DNA of 39,440 nucleotides from Desulfobacterales bacterium (GTDB lineage Bacteria; Desulfobacterota; Desulfobacteria; Desulfobacterales; UBA2245): NCBI GenBank assembly GCA_040771865.1, contig JAXGZF010000006.1, positions 372,001 to 411,440 of the forward strand, read 5' to 3'. Shown piece by piece: positions 36,801 to 39,440 of this stretch (position 1 is its first letter; each line of letters starts with the position of its first letter). The notes under the pieces were generated by a model. It saw only the letters and a program-made list of their open reading frames with translations, ran no database searches and was not told where the DNA came from. The position numbers and the translations under genes were made by a program.

Positions 36801-39440
36801 GGAGCTGCTCTTCTCCGGCACGGGCGACATCGCTCTGGGCACGGCGGACGGCGCAACCGGCATCAACGCTGAAGACATGTCGGTCATCGACGCTTCGGCT
36901 CTGTCCGGAGACCTGGACCTGGGGATCGTTGAAGACATCGATTCCGAGGACTTCGCCTTCACGTCCGGTACGGGCGTCACAAACCTGATCCTGACGGACG
37001 AGCTGGATGCGGATCCGGACGATGATCCGGGCTGGAGTTTCGACTTCACCAACGCGGCGGCCGGCAGCGTGTTCGAAGTGGACGGGGATGAGGCGGACTT
37101 TACCCAGGGCGATTTGACGATCGACCTGGGCGCCAATGCGATCATGTATATTTCCAACAGCACCGGCGTTGCGATTACCGTCGATCTGACGACCCTGGAC
37201 GATGTGTCGATTACGGGAACCATAGTCCTGGATGAACTGGTTGAACTCAAATTGACGGCCGAGCAGGCCAGCGGCCTGACCATCATCGCGGATGCCGCCA
37301 TCACCGACCCGGCCGACATGCCGGAGGTCAACATTGTCGATCTCAAGAACTCGGCGAACGACAACGACTATGTCTATGACTTCAGCGGCATCGCTGAGGA
37401 CGTTGCCGGCACCATCACGCGGTTCACAGACGACGTGACCGTGGATGACGACACCGACCTGGGCTTCTTCTCGATCACCCTGAACGACATCGGCGGCGAC
37501 AACACGACTCTGGACGGCCAGACCATCCGGTTCTGGACGGTGGACCAGGCTGAGCGCGAAATCATTGTTGTCGATTCGGGCGCTGCGTTAAGCAGCTCGA
37601 CCAACGTGGTCTGGCTGTTCACCGACATCACTGCGCCGGTGGAAACCAGCGGTTATTATGACCCTACAGGAGGCATTTTGGGACGGCTGTGGGTAGCCGA
37701 AGACCTGGTCACCACCGAGGGCGGCGACGTGGAGAATCTCTTCACGACCCTGCCGTATTCGATCCTTCGGGTTGAGTTCTCCGATCTGAGCGGCGTGCTG
37801 CTCCCCTCGGCCGAGATCTCGCGAACGGTCGAGCTGGTGGCTTACGTGGATGTGTCGGCAACCGGCCTGACCTTCAGCGACACGGGCGCGGATCCGGAAG
37901 AGCATATATACAATCTGACGCTCGACCTGGGCGGCGAGGTGGCTCTGGGCAATCTGGTGCTCGACGACGTGGTCGCGGCGCCGACCACCGACCCGGCCAC
38001 GGTGTCCTTCAACTTGCTGACGATCAACTCCATGCTGGTGGACGATGAAGATCACTACCTGGCGCCCGACGGATTCGTGAACGACGGCGACGGGATCAAC
38101 GAGCCGGGCGAAAACCGCCTGCCCAACGGCGATATCACCGATCCGGTTTACACGGTCAACAGCATCGGCGACATCGAAGTCGGCGGTTTCTTTGCCGGCA
38201 TCGATCTGACGGACATAGTGCTGAACCTGACCCAGTCCGATATGTCGGTGCAGACCATCTACTTTGATTCCGAAACGGCGGGAGACACGGCGACGATTGA
38301 CATCAACGGCACCTTTGACGTGGAAATCAAGTCGCTGGACGCCTCTGATCCCGACATCGCCCTGGTGGTTGTGAACAACAACCTGGTCGGCGGAACCCTG
38401 ACCTTCACCGGCGGGTCTCCGGCCTTTGACGGTGGCGACGCAACGGGCGACACCGAGATCCTGAGGATCGTCAACACGGATGCGTCCGCTGATACGACCT
38501 TCGGCAGCGCCAAGGCAGCCCCGGCCACCGGCTTTTGGGCGGGCATCTACGGCGAGGACCTGAGCCTGATCGACCTGTCCGGCCACGGAGTGATCGACCT
38601 GGGCGTCATTGCCTATGTGGACCCCGATGACTTCAGAATCAACGGCGCGGGAACGGATCTTGACGGCGATTCTGTGGTTTTCGACGGTACCGTTAACTTC
38701 ACCCTGGGCGAAGCTGACGCCAACGGCCTGAAGGCACCCGAGCTGTCCGCCACCGGCGTGTGGGAGTTCATCTTCGACGGCGCTTCCGACGCCAACATGA
38801 TCATCACCGAGGACGCGGTGTTCAACGCTGGCGGAACGCTGAGATTGACCAATCTCGACCTGACCTTCGAGGGCGACGTGGATCTGTCCATGCTGGTGGA
38901 TGATCCGCTGACAACGGCGACCGAAGGCCTGATCTTGTCAGGCGTTACCATTTGGGTGGCGGCGGGCGATACGCTGACCCTGACCGCGGCCCAGGCCAGC
39001 GGCCTGACCGTTCAAGGCGCCGGCGAGGTCATCATTACCGGTCTGGAAGACACACCGGGTGCGGATCTGAGCGGCATCATGACCGGTATGGGCGACACCG
39101 GCACGGTTGAAGCGGAGCTGGATTCCACCGGCGACGTCACGCTGACGGCTAATTTGGGCGTGGCTCACGTTACCATCACCGGCACCGGCACTGTGGACGC
39201 AACCGGCGCTACTATCGCTCCAATTGATCGCAACGATCCGGCTACAGGCACCTTCGAGGACGACACCCTGCCTTCCTTCACAGTGGAGAGCAGCGCGACC
39301 CTGCAGCTCGCCGCAGCGGGAACTGGCCATGCAACAGGCGCGGCTGCGACCTCATGGGCACTTCCAGTTGACGGCGCGGGCACGGTTGAGGTGGGCGATC
39401 TGGCATTGAATCCCGACGCGGATCTCTCTGGCCTGACCGC
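30823..39440 (+). CDS. Giant acidic S-layer/RTX-like beta-strand-repeat protein, probable T1SS substrate (>=2872 aa, 3'-truncated; missing from ORF track)
   Basis: RBS aaggag at 30809-30814 and ATG 30823 (MTAFYEGYYLAQNPDVAKAV...). I read the frame open to ~34 kb and at the window end, and the ORF track lists no terminated ORF in this frame. No signal peptide. D/E/T/G-rich and K/R-poor, with GxGxD/N repeats and recurrent LTLTAxQ motifs. Confidence 0.92.
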   Translation, partial: MTAFYEGYYLAQNPDVAKAVNAGLIGSGWEHYVNWGAAEGRSYAEPQYYDSFNEVYYLAKYPDVAKAVNLGLIGTGWDHYVNWGALEGRDGAIPPAGYDDFSEEYYLARNPDVAKAVNDGIIGSGWEHYVNWGEAEGRSFAAPSGYGDFSEIYYLANNPDVAAAVQDGYYGTGWQHYSEIGQSEGRSYAAPAAVNGAVLQSDALPDIPIPPATGNLFTLSEIVVEEEGTSDVIEIYWGYTPHQYGPNDGDDVSRGIPVEDLLSFLTAITGLDLYELGLIDDDGLGPFDNVTSLSLSNPLSSTTEGDATNADGGNADDESIAGGATNVQLVINYADGTSMSFNAEAFLGEQYFYFLQNLLFYTDEDGLLQSRLFERVVEEGTSDSEYLEPIILTPVINNGGTLEPGYTSNADDTIVAGRLELLHQAYIDAGLGYDILEIDAKGIYAQPLELLNIEEIRVQNLPNVYTTDDFDELGGYVGYSTYPWLSEDCDNGFTNSYVDLSRATSIEKLVVNEASYSNYNPFGIELGTLSIVGVRNNATLRLEGGFTEDVVVSYAQGLTGCLNVELALGAVESDIYILQNAAVLNIDSQGYENYMRGFFVGGHVTSLFITGTGAFGVGDDMADSFHMSRPVLIDASENTGGIDITIGYHEDNITVIGTIARDEVDVYTDFGDVTVAVDEGANVVYAETYEGNVLVTAGSARDYIEAYSDYGDVTVEAGDGQNYVDAYADEGNVLVTTGSGADEIYAEAYYWGNVTVDAGEGNNYIYAETDEDWGDDTSGNIEITAGAGNDSIYAETEEGDIAINAGGGTNYIEAWTYAYYEGAGNIDITTGAGKDTIWAGTDNYYGNVTIDAGAGDNWIDAYTYYDDLSITTGAGNDIIYAEGGDPDNWSCDATVTIDSGAGNDNIYAEGYSNRVLVTVNSGDGLDQIQIRAYKSVVNAGAGDDTVVVDGTGEYSTFTIDAGLGEDTIILNDGVTAGDGSSISGAETIIVSSDSDLTRATLTGVATVQLLDDRELTLTAEQFSALGAGAFIVEDASFGDEAEINIKVTEDYTLGDVSGLGENIRLTFDILNGARLTLTAEQLHYYVAEDGIDSTDGLNGGVTITNAGMDFDAFDNGPDYQVDDGGTLSDTFATSDDVIILRSPDGFDRPEPEDSMDITEIDSDVTPVISDPIILGDNVDNATLLKIVGGQDILFEDGAYVDLGGYGDSIDFSELSGTVTGLTVKHFDNIGGVEGNSTGTRIDVELTGNVGSSTQGLVTSGVETYVVTAVDTDDDGNITENETATIWLCDDAQDLEVIGLQGNGGNTLIIEQIPWGLVAPTILLEGDGYADWNQGLKVDGNPNASDIGNIEFNFFYPGAPAVVNINNGGVELGVTSTGGERFFDIGYIEMSNAASLTINVTEGDAVIESIDNDMDLKTLTLTATEDLTISEDLRFLTAIDGTGVVGHLTLTIDDDLYNGPFTLTAGDGGLTLTLDGWYAQTADFADCVIDAGAGMGTLIIDGDFDLSGADLININSLVLEDDATVWLSMSQSDAIGAANIVLAEDADNATLNLSGLDGEPFAVANYADGIDINLLRLIDADVTLHALTDLHQIDGLEVAEGRTLTLTATQFQQLVAAGSLDWYETDGNPATGGFNVVITDLTQAAVDYDENGDGVADGFDLSGIDDDATVVINMTEDVTLTSGMSFGNYLENVTVNMGDNMTLTLADIQQADGLTVNGGAGSVLKFTDTYAGMFESIDASGFNVDYLMVLNVLIDARNIDLMFYDLPESVIKYVYNDLGFVGTVDQIMTIEEGTSIPGFVVVNPPSEETELSSLTLNMMGGTEIAGNLRISTTAKDDDLIPAYLRTLVINSEGTAENLITGETANVIAGDITPMGSGYQVVYTSYNNNLLDVEINATQELIVEGSIIFNSNTASDAPFDSNYWEDGITANDQDQATATLTVTGTADVTIQELDVDDPDIQTLSIANDGTGTLTITGASPAIDGEKPGSAPDCIEELLFSGTGDIALGTADGATGINAEDMSVIDASALSGDLDLGIVEDIDSEDFAFTSGTGVTNLILTDELDADPDDDPGWSFDFTNAAAGSVFEVDGDEADFTQGDLTIDLGANAIMYISNSTGVAITVDLTTLDDVSITGTIVLDELVELKLTAEQASGLTIIADAAITDPADMPEVNIVDLKNSANDNDYVYDFSGIAEDVAGTITRFTDDVTVDDDTDLGFFSITLNDIGGDNTTLDGQTIRFWTVDQAEREIIVVDSGAALSSSTNVVWLFTDITAPVETSGYYDPTGGILGRLWVAEDLVTTEGGDVENLFTTLPYSILRVEFSDLSGVLLPSAEISRTVELVAYVDVSATGLTFSDTGADPEEHIYNLTLDLGGEVALGNLVLDDVVAAPTTDPATVSFNLLTINSMLVDDEDHYLAPDGFVNDGDGINEPGENRLPNGDITDPVYTVNSIGDIEVGGFFAGIDLTDIVLNLTQSDMSVQTIYFDSETAGDTATIDINGTFDVEIKSLDASDPDIALVVVNNNLVGGTLTFTGGSPAFDGGDATGDTEILRIVNTDASADTTFGSAKAAPATGFWAGIYGEDLSLIDLSGHGVIDLGVIAYVDPDDFRINGAGTDLDGDSVVFDGTVNFTLGEADANGLKAPELSATGVWEFIFDGASDANMIITEDAVFNAGGTLRLTNLDLTFEGDVDLSMLVDDPLTTATEGLILSGVTIWVAAGDTLTLTAAQASGLTVQGAGEVIITGLEDTPGADLSGIMTGMGDTGTVEAELDSTGDVTLTANLGVAHVTITGTGTVDATGATIAPIDRNDPATGTFEDDTLPSFTVESSATLQLAAAGTGHATGAAATSWALPVDGAGTVEVGDLALNPDADLSGLT
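30832..31386 (+). repeat. Four 48-49-aa N-terminal repeats (FxExYYLAxNPDVAxAVxxG...GWxHYxxxGxxEGR)
   Basis: Units begin at 30832, 30976, 31123 and 31267 (spacing 144/147/144 nt). Units 1 and 3 share long identical DNA tracts. Confidence 0.93.
32790..33735 (+). repeat. About 14 RTX-like ~20-aa beta-roll repeats, Tyr/Trp-rich
   Basis: Examples are GNVTVDAGEGNNYIYAET, GNIEITAGAGNDSIYAET, GNIDITTGAGKDTIWAGT and DLSITTGAGNDIIYAEG. Confidence 0.8.

Noticed and set aside
30754..39409. Many ORF-track entries, including 34099..35592 (-, 497 aa), 37588..38586 (-) and 31252..32091 (-)
   Set aside because: They are antisense or off-frame shadows of the giant frame +1 gene, caused by its biased codon usage. 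They have no recognisable motifs.

Overview
The window looks like chromosomal DNA of a sulfate-reducing Desulfobacterota; this is inferred from the complete qrcABCD operon and the gene style. The left third is mostly housekeeping: the 3' part of an M16 peptidase gene, a ~140-bp MITE-like hairpin element, qrcABCD followed by an unlisted 52-aa membrane ORF and a strong terminator, murA, comEC, and a zinc-ribbon/HDOD gene on the minus strand. From 13.1 kb to the end, every gene called is on the + strand, forming a cell-surface locus. It contains a fused rmlB-rmlD, rmlC, the wzm/wzt ABC glycan exporter, and a WbdD-like methyltransferase/kinase-like/coiled-coil protein with three near-identical 84-bp repeats. 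These are followed by vioA/vioB (Qui4NAc), two GT2 enzymes, an unclassified probable transferase, a PrtDE/TolC type I secretion system and a 75-aa orphan. The last gene is a giant (>=2872 aa) acidic S-layer/RTX-like ORF starting at 30823. It is absent from the ORF track because it has no stop codon inside the window. The best candidate for an undescribed system is a T1SS-exported giant surface-layer protein anchored by N-terminal repeats to a dedicated, length-controlled glycan containing a 4-acetamido-4,6-dideoxy sugar. All calls come from reading motifs by eye; no database searches were run.
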